A stretch of DNA of 63,747 nucleotides, counting the filler, from Choristocarpus tenellus KU-1152 (taxonomy: Eukaryota > Protista > Phaeophyceae): assembly GCA_964200185.2 (NCBI GenBank). It is 7 parts of 7 records of this genome, joined end to end, with 100 filler letters (N's around TTAATTAATTAA, not from the genome) between each part and the next. Parts side by side here need not be neighbours in the genome. Positions count along the whole stretch, not along the records: positions 47,196 to 50,548 come from CAXNAD020020601.1; positions 50,649 to 56,735 come from CAXNAD020008970.1; positions 56,836 to 60,599 come from CAXNAD020018071.1; positions 60,700 to 63,747 come from CAXNAD020022704.1; 3 more parts are not named here. One strand, given 5' to 3'. Shown here piece after piece: positions 48,275 to 61,599 of the stretch. Below the pieces are notes generated by a model. That model worked only from the letters and a program-made list of their open reading frames with translations. It did no database searches and was not told where the DNA came from. Each line of letters opens with the position of its first letter. Position 1 is the stretch's first letter. Both the position numbers and the translations under genes were made by a program.

Positions 48275-49671
48275 TTTTGGTCCGGGTGCTGCATGACTGC
48301 GTGAAACACTCTGGTTGATACATGCACACGTGGAATGTAGTAGTGGATTAGGGCTTGGAATGGGTTTATAGGCCCCGCCCAAGAAACTCTCCCTCATTTG
48401 AAATAGACAAGCACTGGGGTAAATAATTTGATGTATGGTATTGAAATATCATACTTGAAAAGTGGTGAGGATATGTTTATTTCTTCAAGCTTGGATTTGG
48501 TTGTTGTGGTGACTACTCTTTCTTCCTTTGGGTGGTGTCCTTGGTCCTTTCTAGATGTTCTTTTAATCATTCTATTGATATGTTTCCGCCTGTTTCAAAT
48601 TTTTATTGATCAGTATAAAGTAGTAAATATGTAAGCTCTCTTTTTTTTTCCTTATGGGTATTTTGTGTGGTGCATACAGCGTTCTCAACCACTGTTACTT
48701 CTGGTTGGGTTTACTTTCAGGAGTTTGTAGTATGTGTGGTAGGTCGTGTTATGGAAGATGACGTGAGCAAGGTCCCTTTGGTTGTGTTATTTTTATTTTG
48801 CTAAATAGGCATGTGGTGCTAGCTGGTGACATTTCAAAAGATAAAAAACGTAAGAGAATGTATATTACATGGCCAACATCTGAAAAAAGTAAGCATTTGG
48901 TTCAAGTATTGTAAAGGGTGTTAGTGGACAAGTTGCTAAAGTTATACTAATTATCGATAACACATCCGAATGAGTTGTCTAAACTCTATCTTTGATTTGG
49001 ATAGTTGAGGACCTCACTAAGCTCTTGATGCCATAAGCAACTATTTACTATAGTTTAATGGTTTTTGTTGGGTAAAATAAAGCTCTGTAATCTTTTTTGG
49101 ACCATTTGACAGAAAAAAAACATGTATATTTTGTTATGGAGAAGTTTTTTTTTCTCTTACAGTTGCCCATCTACTACTAACCCCATATATAGAGCATGGC
49201 TAGAGACAAAAGTTTCTTGTAGTACCTCTTCCAGAAATATATTAATTTTTTTCCTCTCCGAGGTGCATTACTGACAGAGATCAACTCCATGTTTACGAAC
49301 ACGATTCTTTTTACGTGTGTGTTCTGTATATTATTTATTTTTTGTTTTGTGTGTTCTTGCCCTCTTTTTTTTTTATAACTTGATGTAGGTGGATGGCTGG
49401 TCCGACCTTGAGAACGGGATATTCCATACGTGCTCTTCTGGGGATGCGTTACTTACCTTCATGGTGAGGCAGGGCACGTCAAAAGAGAGTGGTTGATGCA
49501 TTCGTGCGTGTGTGTATGGTGATGCCGCCGCAGGCTTGGTTGTGGAAAAGTAGTGAGAGAGATTTTTGAATGTTGATTTTGTTTTCCCATGGTGTAGGTA
49601 GGCGGTAGGTACGGGTAGCGCTCTTGTCATTTTAGTTGGTGTAGGTAAATTCTGTTGTGTGTGTAGATTTT

Positions 49672-49845
49672 GGTTTGTATTGTTTGTATTGTTTGTATTG
49701 TTTGTATTGTTTGTATTGATTGTATTGATTGTATTGTTTGTATTATTTGTATTGTTTGTATTGTTTGTATTATTTGTATTGTTTGTATTGATTGTATTGT
49801 TTGTATTGATTGTATTGATTGTATTGTTTGTATTGATTGCATTCG
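49672..49845. repeat. 9-bp minisatellite (TTGTTTGTA / TTGATTGTA / TTATTTGTA)n
   Basis: About 19 units read directly. Confidence 0.95.
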
Positions 49846-50649
49846 ATTAGGTGTGAGGTGAAGGAGCGTCCCTACTCTAGAAATATGTATGGTTGAAGAC
49901 AAGACTAGGTCTGTGTTCTGTGTACAAAAAAAAAGTGGTTCTGTTTTTAGTACCAAGAATTCTTGAGGCGGTGTGAGTTAAAAAAAAAAGTGTATTGTGG
50001 TTTTTGGTAAGTAGATTTGAAAAGAGTCTAGTTTTTTTTGTTAATTTTTTTTTCTGTATGTTGAGGATGGTGAGGGGATGGGACTCTCTTGGTCCAAAGA
50101 ACGAAATGCACAAGGCGAGAGAGACTCTATGTGGTGAAGTGGATGCACGTATGAAACAAAATGAAGATCTGGCTGGGGTTCTTAGATGTGTGTAGGAGCC
50201 AAGGTACATGTTGATTCGGTAAGTTGAGGTATTAATTTTTTTTTTGAAAAAAATTCAAAAGAGTAATATATCTGAGAAGAGGGGTGTTACGTTGTGACCC
50301 TTTTTTGAATCTTGACTGGGTTTTTCAACTTAAAAAAAGAAGAGATTGCGGAATTTGAAAAAGGGTGTAGATAAGGATAAACTTGCTTCTACAAACTTGG
50401 AGGTCTCTCTCAGAGGAAGAGTCCCAATGCGCTTCACTATAGGTGTGCCTACTAGGAGTTGCTAACCTTGTTTGATTGCGGTTGTCTTTCTTTTTTTTTG
50501 AGTGTTTCATTTTTTTTCTTTCGCTCGGTTGTTGGGGAAGGGGGGGAANNNNNNNNNNNNNNNNNNNNNNNNNNNNNNNNNNNNNNNNNNNNTTAATTAA
50601 TTAANNNNNNNNNNNNNNNNNNNNNNNNNNNNNNNNNNNNNNNNNNNNA

Positions 50650-50819
50650 AGGTTTTGGGGGGGGGGGGGGGTCTACACCAGGGTGTCCATTTGGGGCAAA
50701 ACCAGGAAATGTGCATTTACATTATCCATCTGATGTATGCAACCAAATCGCACAAATCACAACATGAAAAATTCACCCCAAATGGACAGCCGCCACCACC
50801 ATCCCAGATACTTTGAGTC
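50650..50819 (-). mobile_element. Near-complete inverted copy of the PIF/Harbinger-type MITE, at a contig start
   Basis: polyG-GTCTACACCAGGGTGTCCATTT..ATTATCCATCTGATG..AAATGGACAGC..CCCAGATACTTTGAGTC is the reverse complement of the 9557-9734 family. Confidence 0.88.
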
Positions 50820-51504
50820 AAACATCGAGAAAGTGTCCATAGAGGGTGGGGTGGAAACAGGGTAGTGCATCCAGCTGCCTGATGTGCACCTCAGTGCATA
50901 TAACTGGAGGAGGCGCCTTGCTCCTTTAAAAATTCAAATGCATCCTAAAAATCAACAGCGATGTGCTCAAACAAAGGGATACGACAAATACAGTCCAACC
51001 ACGTAACACACATCTCTGGTGTTGATAAAAATCCTCTCTACAATTCTCCACTCCTCACTCACCCCAAAACAACCCAGTCAGTTCTAGGCCATTAAAATAC
51101 TGTCATGCCCCACTGCACCATGTACTTCTACTCCACAGGAATGAAACAAGCATTCAGGATAACTCTACATGTGGCTGACAAGGTACCTGAAGTACAATAC
51201 ACTTTTGGGCTCAGTGCTGAATCTCTACTTCTTTCAACTAATGAGCATGTGATATCAATAACAGTAACATGCACCAAAATCTCCACTAGAAGTCAATATC
51301 CTGCTACATACAGACACTCACACACCCACCATTATCCACATGCACCAACGACCGCATCAAACATTTTCCAATCCTTAAAATTGTCTTAGTAAAAAAAAAT
51401 ACCCCTGCAGGATGTGGACATCAATGATGCAAACACAAACCATTGAAGGCATCATGTCCATCACGGTAAAGACTATGGACTTGTCTTGTCACGAAGCTGG
51501 GCAG

Positions 51505-54500
51505 TTACAGATAGTCCCCCTCCAACCATCAGGAGCAGGGCAAGGCTTGAAAACACGGGGGCCCACTCCCCCCTGCTACCAGCTGTCAGAGCCCATGAGT
51601 TGAAGACAAAAAAGAGAAGATATCCTACAGCATCAAAAAGATTGCTGAGGAGAGCAGCATGCTCCTTGCCCCCAGCACGGAGAGCAAATAGGCCTGTGTG
51701 GGCAAGACAAGTTAAGTGGGTGGAGTGTTGGTCAAGAGTGTACAGATGCGGAACAGATTACACATGGGCTCAGTACCAAGCGAATCTTGAATCTTTGAAT
51801 GGTGTATCTTGAAAGGTTTAGGTGGGCGTAGTACAACCATATAGCAGTGGCACTACATTCAGTACTCCCACCAGACAGTATAATGTTACTCATCTATAAA
51901 CACTACTTCTAGTATGCATGTACAGGATTGGAATAGATTCTGGGACCCCCGCTGACTTTATCAATGGCAAGAAGATCATCGACAGTAGTCTCTCGTGACT
52001 CCAGACCATGTTAAAATTCAACAGCCCAAGAGACAAAGGAAAAGGAAAATCCTTGTGTGCTGTTGCATGTTCTTCCCAGTCCCAAACCCACATGGTGAAC
52101 ACACCAATTGAACACGGAAATCGCACCCCCCCCCCTCCCCCCAGCCAAGCTTCTTTCAAGTTGACCTCCATCAGCTGGCAATCCACTCAGTGGTAGTTCA
52201 GTAGAATCTCAGTGTCTCAAAGCAATACAATCTGGGCCAAGGCCGTATGTTTCTGACTGGTAAGAGCAAGTGACTCCTTGACACCATGACTCCTAACTAG
52301 CCACCCAAACCCACATCCACAATAGGACAGAACAGGTCTCACCGGATGGAATGTAGAACGGGGTTGCAAAGTTGAAGCCCCAAAAAAATAGGAGGCAGAC
52401 TGCACCCCACAATGGCACTGAGACCACACCAAGGATCTGTAGGGCGAAGGCACCTATTGCAACCAGACAGAGATGGAGAAGGGGTGAGTATTCTTGAGGT
52501 AGAGTAAGTCTAGAAAACCTGAGCACAATACTGTTCAACCTATTGCAGAGGACGAGATTCGGTAGCACAAGTCACAAGCCAACAGGTGCAATACTGGGTG
52601 ATCATCAAGATGGATGGCAATTGGGTGGGCCATAATTTTCTTGACCAGGTTATAAAATGTGTCTAGTACACATCTATATACTTGATTATCGTCTTGTTTA
52701 CTTGGTGATCTATCTACAACACAAAGCATCATGCTGTCATTGTATTTCTTAGAGTAAGAGTGTCTCTCTCATCAACTCTGAAGCGTTTTCGAAAACTGGG
52801 CTTGCATCTAATCCTTTGCTAGGTACACACAAGACAGATAGAATCAGCAACACCTGTGCAAAGGTTGATAGAGAACAACGTGCTTCCAAGTAGGAGCTAA
52901 CCATTCTCACTCCTATCAAGTTGACATGGACCATAAATTTAGATGCTACTCACTCATTACACAGGCATGCATATATGTACACATGATGAAATCATTTATG
53001 ATGCCATAATCCATCTTGCTACTTGCCACAAAGAAAGCCTACCAGTTAAACACAGTATTAATACAACCTAGAGTACTCACCAGCACACAATGTACAGGCA
53101 GCAGTATTGCCAGCAACAAGCCCTGCCTGCTCCCTCACCTGAAGCCGACCTGGGTGCAAAGAATCGGGAAGCACAACGTGACATTGGAAACATTAACAGC
53201 AACATCCTGGAGGAAGTAGTCATAGACGTGTCAACAGAGAAATAAAAGTGAAGCACACAGTCACTACTAAGGGTCAGGTATAGTACAATGCACCATGGCA
53301 TAAATGGTGGGGAGGCTTTGGGATGGAGCCAACAGAGCACCACCTATGATAGTGTTGCACATATTGTGTTGTTTCAGTTGAGAACCACCAATCCCCACTG
53401 TAAGACCAATGTGTTTACCCCAAATGTGGTGAGACAGGGGGTGGGGACTGGCTAGCCCTCAGAGCTCAGCTAGAAGGAATGCTAACATAGTAAACAATCA
53501 AGACATAGCTATCAAGTAATAATCAAAACAGAATTTGTTCAGCATTTTGATGGCTTGGTTTTTCAGACCTCGTCTCATACAGCTTATATCCTGCCTACGA
53601 TAAGATGCCACACTGTTTAGAATTGGGTTACACCCTCTACATGTCGGTAGCGTACTGTAACAGTGTTTTGCCAGGACCTCACCATAGAGGTTAGCCACCA
53701 TGAGGTTGGAGAGGAGACCTCCAATGGCAAACACTGGGCAGGGGGAGAGAGCAAAGAAAGGCAAAGAGGGAACTTGTAAATGAGCCGATGATGTTGAGTA
53801 CGATCATTTGAAAATACTTGAATGACGACATGCACACAAACATCAAGTCCACATATTAGGAACAAGGTGTGTGTCCATTAATTAACCCCCAAAATGTGAG
53901 AAGAGCAGGGTGTGAGCACTCAACATCCCGCACCCCCCTCCACAGACACATCAAGACCAAAAACAAAGCGCGTGGTGAGTATGGTCCTGTCCCAATACAC
54001 TTGGAGATTCTTCCAAGGCGACCAAGCACTTTTGCCATCTTTATACACTATATATATATTGTAGCCCATTGACCTACCAGATGCAAGGCTAGCTGCTGTA
54101 CCGGGTGACACCTTGTAGGCAGAATTGAGGAACAGAGGGAGGAGGGGCACAAACATTCCTGGAATTGTGAGGGCTCCCTTGCCCGCCAACATAACCCAAA
54201 AGTTGGCATCCCGTGCACAACGGCGAAGGCAAGCAATCACTGCCTCCCCTTCTCTGCTCCAAGTCAAGGAAGGGGCAGGAAAATGGAGAATACACAGCAG
54301 GTTGGTCTAAATTAGACCAGCTTTAGACAGGTTAGGATGGGGCACAATATGGTAGATTGCAGTGCATGGGGGTTATACATGGTGCAGGGGGCGGGGTGAG
54401 GTTGAAGGTGACGGCACATGTTTGTACTCTGAGGCACTTGAAAATGAAGGTGGGCAGAGTGAGACATCCAGGAGTGCTTGCAACAAGGAGGAAGAAGCAT

Positions 54501-56534
54501 GTAAGCATGCTGCATTGACCTGTACCCGATCCATTCAAGAACTCACTCTTTTTTACCAACACTTTCCTCTTTGAGGATGCTTTTCATTTCTCCTCCCCGC
54601 CTTGACAAAGTACCCATGCGGTTTCTGAGAAGTGTTTCACGCCCAGAGTATGTTTCATTATCAGTACCCAAGATACTTTGCCTGGAGCCCCTGATCACTG
54701 GGCCACCAACACCTGAAGCCATTGGCAAGCTCCGTGGATGCGTCTGACATACAAAAGATGGCATATTGAGAGAACCGTCAAAGGCGCAGGTGGCATGATA
54801 TTGGTGTGTGTTGAGGTAGTGTCTTGAATTGTCAGTGTCTGCAGCACTTTGTGTCATTTTGTGGACTAATATGTGACCATCATGAAAGCAAGTGTACAAA
54901 AAAGTAGATCGTAACGAAAAATGTTCAAATTTCAATGGTACAGTACAATTACATGGTAAAATTACAAATTGGAAGTATGGCGCCAAACCCAACCTACAGA
55001 GATGACCTCCTCACTCTCACTCTCCTGTAATTGGAGCTACTCAACACCTAAGCCACCCCATCCTGGTTTTACCCAACAGTAATATAAACTCCACTAACCT
55101 GCTTCTTTGAAAAACACATTTTGTAGAGCAGTATATGTTCTACCAATTTTTCCTTGGCATAATAACCACAGACCAATAGAAGAATCACCATCCTTTGAAG
55201 GGCGGTGAGACGCTTTCAATGCCTCAACTGCAATTTTAGCAAGGCCTGCAGCAAACCTTTCCACTTGTTTCTTACCTCTGCTGTACAATAGTATTGTTGG
55301 TCATGGTAAGAGAAAGGGACAGAAACCCTGTCCCTCTGAGAAAAGGACTTGATACACATGCCTGTTCCTTCTACCAAAAACATGTTAAACATATTATGAA
55401 AAATGTTGCGATTCTTACCTTACTGCGGAAGATGAGAACTGGCAGAAGCTGCATTGCCCCAACCACAAGGATGACCTGGCGCCAGCTGAAGCCCATGTTC
55501 AGCAAGAGGCCAAATGAGGCAGAGCCTGTTCTCAATGGGAGCAATGGAAGAAAAACAGTATGCTACAGTAAGTATCATGTAAGTGAATAGTGTCACATAC
55601 GAAATAGTCAATAGTCGAGGGACATGCATGTCTTCTAAAAACAGGGTGGCATGGAAGTGAGATCAGGTGCAGTTGTGCCACCAGTGGCAACAACCCAAAG
55701 ACAGAATGGTGCAGAAACACACAATCACACAGTGTGTACTCACTGTCAACACCATACACCAACTACATCTCGATGTGTACTCTTCTGTTTGTTACTCACC
55801 ACATATTTCTTTCTTTAACTGATGTAACTGTTCTCATCACAATTTCAATCCATAAAATGTGCACATCTCCAATGTACATAACACACACCACATCTCCCCC
55901 CAAATACTTCCTTCCATACTTCGTACCGATGTCTGTATCTATTCAAACAACTTCTCTGCCCCTCCCTAACCCTTTAGCTCTGCTCACACTCCACTTTCAA
56001 CATCGTATTTATTCGTATCACAGTACTAGGTCCACACAGGATACAACCGGGCGTGGCAAATGCTTCAGTTATACCCATACTTATACCCCAACCTGTTCCT
56101 ACCAAAGGTGATTCATACCCATACTTCCCCCCCCGAAAAAATCTCACCTAGGATTACCCCCACTCGACTGCTTGAGGCCATAAGACCGAGCTTCCCTGAC
56201 CAATCTTTCTCCGGGAACTCTTCCCTCACGATTGCTGTGCAGCACCCCCATGTGCCTTTTCAGTAGGGGAAAAAAAAGAACAATGAGAAAGAAAAGTGCA
56301 CATCTTCTTTGTCTGACCTTTACTGCCCTATACAACACGGTTGAGGTCTTTCATCAAGTCCTCCACATACACATGCACACCATGCCTGCCTGTCTCATTG
56401 AACACCCTCACCAGAGAAAGAGAAGTCCAACATCATTGATGCTGCCAGAAACACGATAATAGATGATGAGAAACTGGCTAACAAAGCTGCGGCAGCCATA
56501 GAAAGCAACAAGAACTTGAGCGTTCTTGTTGCTC
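51505..56534 (-). CDS. Major facilitator superfamily transporter, OPA/GlpT-UhpT/SLC37-like; multi-exon, 5'-truncated
   Basis: Exons 56534-56412, 56255-56148 (TWGCCTAIVREEFPEKDWSGKLGLMASSSRVGVILG), 55525-55419 (GFSWRQVILVVG), loop exons ~55275-55170 and ~54745-54547, ~54255-54078 (DANFWVMLAGK..LPLFL), ~53735-53660, ~53208-53140, ~52453-52342 (FATPFYIPSG), ~51693-51505 (FALRAGGKEHAALLSNLFDAVGY). Middle and final boundaries approximate. Confidence 0.78.
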
Positions 56535-57449
56535 CTGATCACAAACAAATGAAAGGAGCCAGAGAGGGGTCAGGTTCGGGGGGGGTAAGCCAAAGTTTAT
56601 GATAAGGGGTAATGCAATAGGTGAAAGTGAAGGCATAATCACATTGGCCACGTTTGAAAACAAGGCAAGTAAATTGGGTATAGACCGGGGGGGGGGAGGG
56701 AGGGTGTGGAGGCAGTTTCCAGGCAAAGGTATGCTNNNNNNNNNNNNNNNNNNNNNNNNNNNNNNNNNNNNNNNNNNNNTTAATTAATTAANNNNNNNNN
56801 NNNNNNNNNNNNNNNNNNNNNNNNNNNNNNNNNNNCCTCTGGGTCAGAAGAACTGAGCCGTTTGGAGCCGTTTTTAGGATCTCTTATCATCATTTACCGT
56901 TGAGGCATATCCTCTGTTTTCATCACAAGTACATTTATATCAAATACTCACTTTGACATTGTCAACCTTTTCTTCCTCCCCGTCCGTCAGCCCTATCCCA
57001 GAACATGGGTCCTGTCGTGAGGAGAACGGAATCAGCCAAAGGCGAGTGTATGCCCCAGTGCCTGGAGCAGCCCGTGTCAACCACAACAACCATCAAGGAC
57101 AAGACAATAGCAACAATGCACCAATTTTTTGGATAATGAGTGCCATAGTTATTTAGGGGAGTAAAATTATTGGTTATACTAGCATATTACCCTAGATTTT
57201 GGAAGTATATTCTACATTTTAGTGTTCCGAACTAATCTTGAGCCATGAATGATTTTTTCACCAGGAAATTTTCTTAGAAACCTCCATGCTAATAAACCAA
57301 CAATGTGACATCCTTCAATGAATTGGTCTATGTTGTCATCTATTCCTAAGTCTGCCTCATGTTCAATAATGCTTCAATACAACATACCTTCATCTCAGTA
57401 TAAGGATTTCGTAGACAACTCAAGAGATAGAAAAAAATATTGAAAATCT

Positions 57450-58900
57450 GCAGTATGTAGTCGCTTAGCTACTGCTTGAGGAAAGGACTACTTCTCAACC
57501 CGACCCTTCCCCACCTGTCATGTGCTATCCCTATTGATGCACTTGACTCAAGGTGATTGATGCGGATGGCGGATGCCAACACTCTGTCATCCTGTGCAGA
57601 ATTGACTAGTTGCCATTGCAGATATACAAGTTTGGTGGCCATTAGTAGACAGATTGGTCGGTTCTTGTTGTGTTGACACCTTTGGATCAAGGTGATCGAG
57701 ACCCATGGATAGATGTCTGTTGTGTGTGAATGTTGATTATTCGGTTACAGTCAAGTCAGAGAGGTGCGGGCATTGGGAGTTTCTTAAGTGGGGCCACAGC
57801 ATACCTCAGGACGGTTTCACGTACCTAATCCGGGGATTTCCCTCTGTCTGTTCACCAATGCAATGTCTTCGTAAGAGTGTGCTCCAGGCCTGTCCTACTG
57901 CCATTATTGTTACGCCTTTTTTTGCTTAGATGGTTGTTGTTATTGTTGTGAGGTATTGGTGTGCGATTTTGCCCACCTCACCATTTTGACAAGTATTTTC
58001 GCCTCTATTTGTTGTGACTCCAGTGTGTGATTTTGAAAAATGCAATGTGCAGCGCTTGTTTGTGTGAGGATTAAGATTGTGACATTTGGAGGTCTAGAAC
58101 TCTAATAGTGACTGCGTGCCCCAGATCAAATTGTGAAATTGGTATGGTATGAAATCTTTTAAAGAATAAGTAGGTGGATACAGAGAATTGTTGGCAACCT
58201 TGCCTTAAACATATACCACAAAAGCAAGGTAACCAACTGCCGGTACACTTTAGACTGCGAAGTGTGATAGATGAGAACAAGCAGTTCTACATTGTACTGC
58301 GAACTGCTGCAGTCTGTTCACTTCTCTCTTGCTCTGGTATACATCCGTGTGTGCCATTAAAGTAGAAGCAATTAGTCAAACCTTGCCTATGCACAAACAC
58401 AATCCGTTTTGTACACCACTGTTCATATCGTCAGCAGCACATGTTTGTTTCTATTAGAATATGGGCAAATTTAGTGTTCAACGAAAATCATCTGTGAAAG
58501 GTGCATTAGTATTGCCCGATGCCTTTGAGTTTGCCTGCAACTATTGTAACACAGATCTCTCATCTTTGTCTTGACGAGGTTGACTACTGTTTTGCCCTCA
58601 CAATTGCTCAAACTCGTTGTAGGAATAGTTGACCAGATTATGAATATCCCAAGGTCGAGCCTCTTTGCACCCAAGTGGATTGGTTCCTTTCACTAGGAAC
58701 CACGACCTTGTCATCTTGCTATGTAGGTGAGTCAAGAGCCTTGCTATGTACTGGGGCATATGCTTACATACATTCTCTCCGTTGTTCTCCATTTCGTTTG
58801 AACGCCAAAGACTTGCACGATGATCCAATGTTCCAAACACAAGTGTGGATCGACTCTCTCACTCCCATACATGACACTTGAAATGGTACCGTTTGTTTTT
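57450..58900 (-). mobile_element. Decayed LINE reverse transcriptase remnant
   Basis: Antisense CLRQGCQQFSVSTYLF (~GLRQGCPLSPTLF) near 58160-58210, flanked by stop-ridden RT-like sequence. Confidence 0.45.
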
Positions 58901-58947
58901 TTCAAGTCCAAGAGAATTCAGGTTCAGTTGTGTGGAGGCAAAGGTTT

Positions 58948-59260
58948 GCCAAAGTATCTGGGGGGGGGGGGGGGGGGCAACACGAGGGGGCCCTTTTGGA
59001 CGAAAAAAAGAAAAAATTAATNNNNNNNNNNTTTTTTTTTAAAATAAAAAAAATATTATTTGTGATTTTGATGGGAGAAAGTGTTTTTTTTTTAATGGGG
59101 GGGGGGGGGGGGAGATCTACACCAGGGTGTCCATTTGGACGAAAATAAGGAAAAGTTCATCTACATTATCCATCTGATGTATGCGACCAGGTCACACAAA
59201 AATTGCGACATAAAAAATTGACCCCAAATGGACAGCCGCCACCCCCCCTCAGATACTTTG
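58948..59260 (-). mobile_element. Copy of the PIF/Harbinger-type MITE, mis-assembled across its poly-G tract (10-N gap at 59022-59031)
   Basis: CAAAGTATCTGGGG at 58950; TCTACACCAGGGTGTCCATTT..CAGATACTTTG at ~59117-59260. Confidence 0.85.
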
Positions 59261-61599
59261 TGTGGTCACCAGTGCTCCAGCACCAGTAGTCCTATCTGCA
59301 TCTTTCCACCTCTTCCTAATCAAAAAGTACTTGCAGGCCCCACACCCTCTCTACCTACCCGCTCTTGGCCACCTACCAACCCCTCTACCTTCAGTCCCAA
59401 TGTGTCCATTTTGTAGCTTCCTTGTGGTAGTGTTTGGTGTTTCCTCACCATCTCTGGAGTCCATTACAGCTAGCTACCAGATCGCCATGACAGTAGCAAC
59501 AAAACCACATATTTGTAGCACAGTTACCGCCACAGAGCAGAATCTCTGTGACCCTTCACACCATCCATAATTCATTTTGAGCCAGACCTACACAAATCTC
59601 GGAAACAACAGATGATGTGCCAACATCCACATCTTGCACTAAAGAGGAAGGGAGGCACCCAAATAAACAATCTTGTCATCTGTGCAGATAGGCACCTTGA
59701 ACAAGAACAAGAAGCAAACGACTCTCCCTCACTCTCATCATACAAAAGACCTACCGATACAGGGGGCTCTGCACCCTGCCCAACACAGGATCCTTCTCTT
59801 GACCGTGTTTCTACAACATTACTGCATTGCAGTCAAGTCCCAATCGATCATGAAAATTCTGCTGAAACACTTTGGAGGCCTCCACGCCATCTACCATGTG
59901 GTACTTCCTACCTATGTTGTGCCATGTGTGAGGTACAAGGTGCTTGGTTGTACAACCTCGTTGAGGCTGTGTTATTGCAGCGGCACACGGAGCAGAGGGG
60001 ACTTGGGATCAACAAAGTGACAGTAATAATACCCCTACTAACGCATACAATAGTGCAATCAGCAACATGGAGGAGGGTTGAATCTAAAATAACACACTGT
60101 GGTGCGTGCATTGTTCCTGAGGGGAGTTAAACTCTAGAAGAAATCGTACACATATTGTTTTTGTCTTTTAAGTTGGAATGGAGCACGCCAATGAAGATTT
60201 TCTTAACGTCCAATTATCAGAGTGATACAACATGTCGCTACTATTTATAGCACATTAGTCGGGAATAATCCCGAATAGTGGTTAGAGCAACTTACCATTT
60301 ACACTACTGATCATACTAACTACCAACGACCTGTTGTACTATAACAAATTATCGTACTACCTTTGCTCCTGTCTTCCTTCAGAGGTAGGTATTGCGCTCA
60401 ACACTTCCACTTGGTCAAATTAAGCAAAAAGTGATTCACCCGTATTTCTATGGAAGAGGGTCGAAATATGAATTGACTACATTCCGATAGTTTAGAAATT
60501 GCCTGTTTGTTTAGACAAATCCTGTACATATAACAGGGGAATCTCAAAATTGAGGAAGGCGCGGGACTATGAGGATGTTTTTTTTGCGAAAACGGTCTTN
60601 NNNNNNNNNNNNNNNNNNNNNNNNNNNNNNNNNNNNNNNNNNNTTAATTAATTAANNNNNNNNNNNNNNNNNNNNNNNNNNNNNNNNNNNNNNNNNNNNA
60701 ACCATCCTCATAGTCCCGCTCCTTCCTCAATTTTGAAAATCCACTGTTAAAGGTAATACTAACACATTGATAGGGTCTGAGGTGATTTGTGATCCACGTG
60801 TGTGACTCTCACGCACACAATGTCTCGCATTCACAGTTGTAGAACACGAAGTGGACATGATCCAGACATAACAGAAAAATATTGAACTGATGGACGGCCA
60901 TTGGTCCGGACATGCAAGGCAAAGAGTTAGACTGGACGGCCAATGTCTATGGATCGTCGGTACAGTAGTACCCTGTCGATATGGTCTGGACATGTGAGAG
61001 AATGTTTGACCTGGTCCGACCGGCGAATATAGACGGGTTCAATACCTAGCCGACATGGGACATCCAAAAAATATATTGTGAGACGGGGCAGGACTTGGAC
61101 ATGGACCTGTTCAATACCTAGTGGACATGGCTGACCAGAGTGTAATAAAAAATATACCTAACCGCCTATAGATAAAATGTTCGAGTCCATGGCCATCGCT
61201 TACTCAACATGACCATGGCCACTGGCCGGGCATGTACAAGCAAGTTCGAACATGACCGAGTCCATGGTCATTGACCGTTTCATTACCGTCGACAGCAGGG
61301 GACACGCCAACTGCTGAGACCAGTGAAAAGCTCTGTAAAATACATGATGCATGTTCCCGTATCTTTCCTGAGATCATCCCCCCCTCCGGAGGTGCATATG
61401 GTTGGTTTCTCTTCTCATACGTGAAGAGGACAGGATGTAAATAATTAATCATCTATGACTTTGTACAACAAAGACTAACCAATCTATAATCTTTGTAATC
61501 CCCCTGTCCAAGAGAAATACCTTTTCGCTGAACTTAAAGTCTGCTTAGCTGGGATCCCCCAGCTCGAAACCTGTGACGTGGGAGACGATAACTTTATAT

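Noticed and set aside
49627-49956. IQT-, VLF- and CIV-repeat ORFs (metallothionein-like or TM-like appearance)
   Set aside because: Three frames of one 9-bp minisatellite.
56991-57136. Possible terminal exon of an unknown plus-strand gene (..LSQNMGPVVRRTESAKGEC..FFG*)
   Set aside because: Has a plausible acceptor but no recognisable homology, and the upstream part is off-contig.
58981-59096. Homopolymer-rich sequence around the 10-N gap
   Set aside because: Looks like low-quality sequence after poly-G, echoing the MITE; treated as an assembly artefact.
59612-60130. 172-aa ORF
   Set aside because: No recognisable motifs or splice context; adjacent to decayed LINE sequence and likely spurious.
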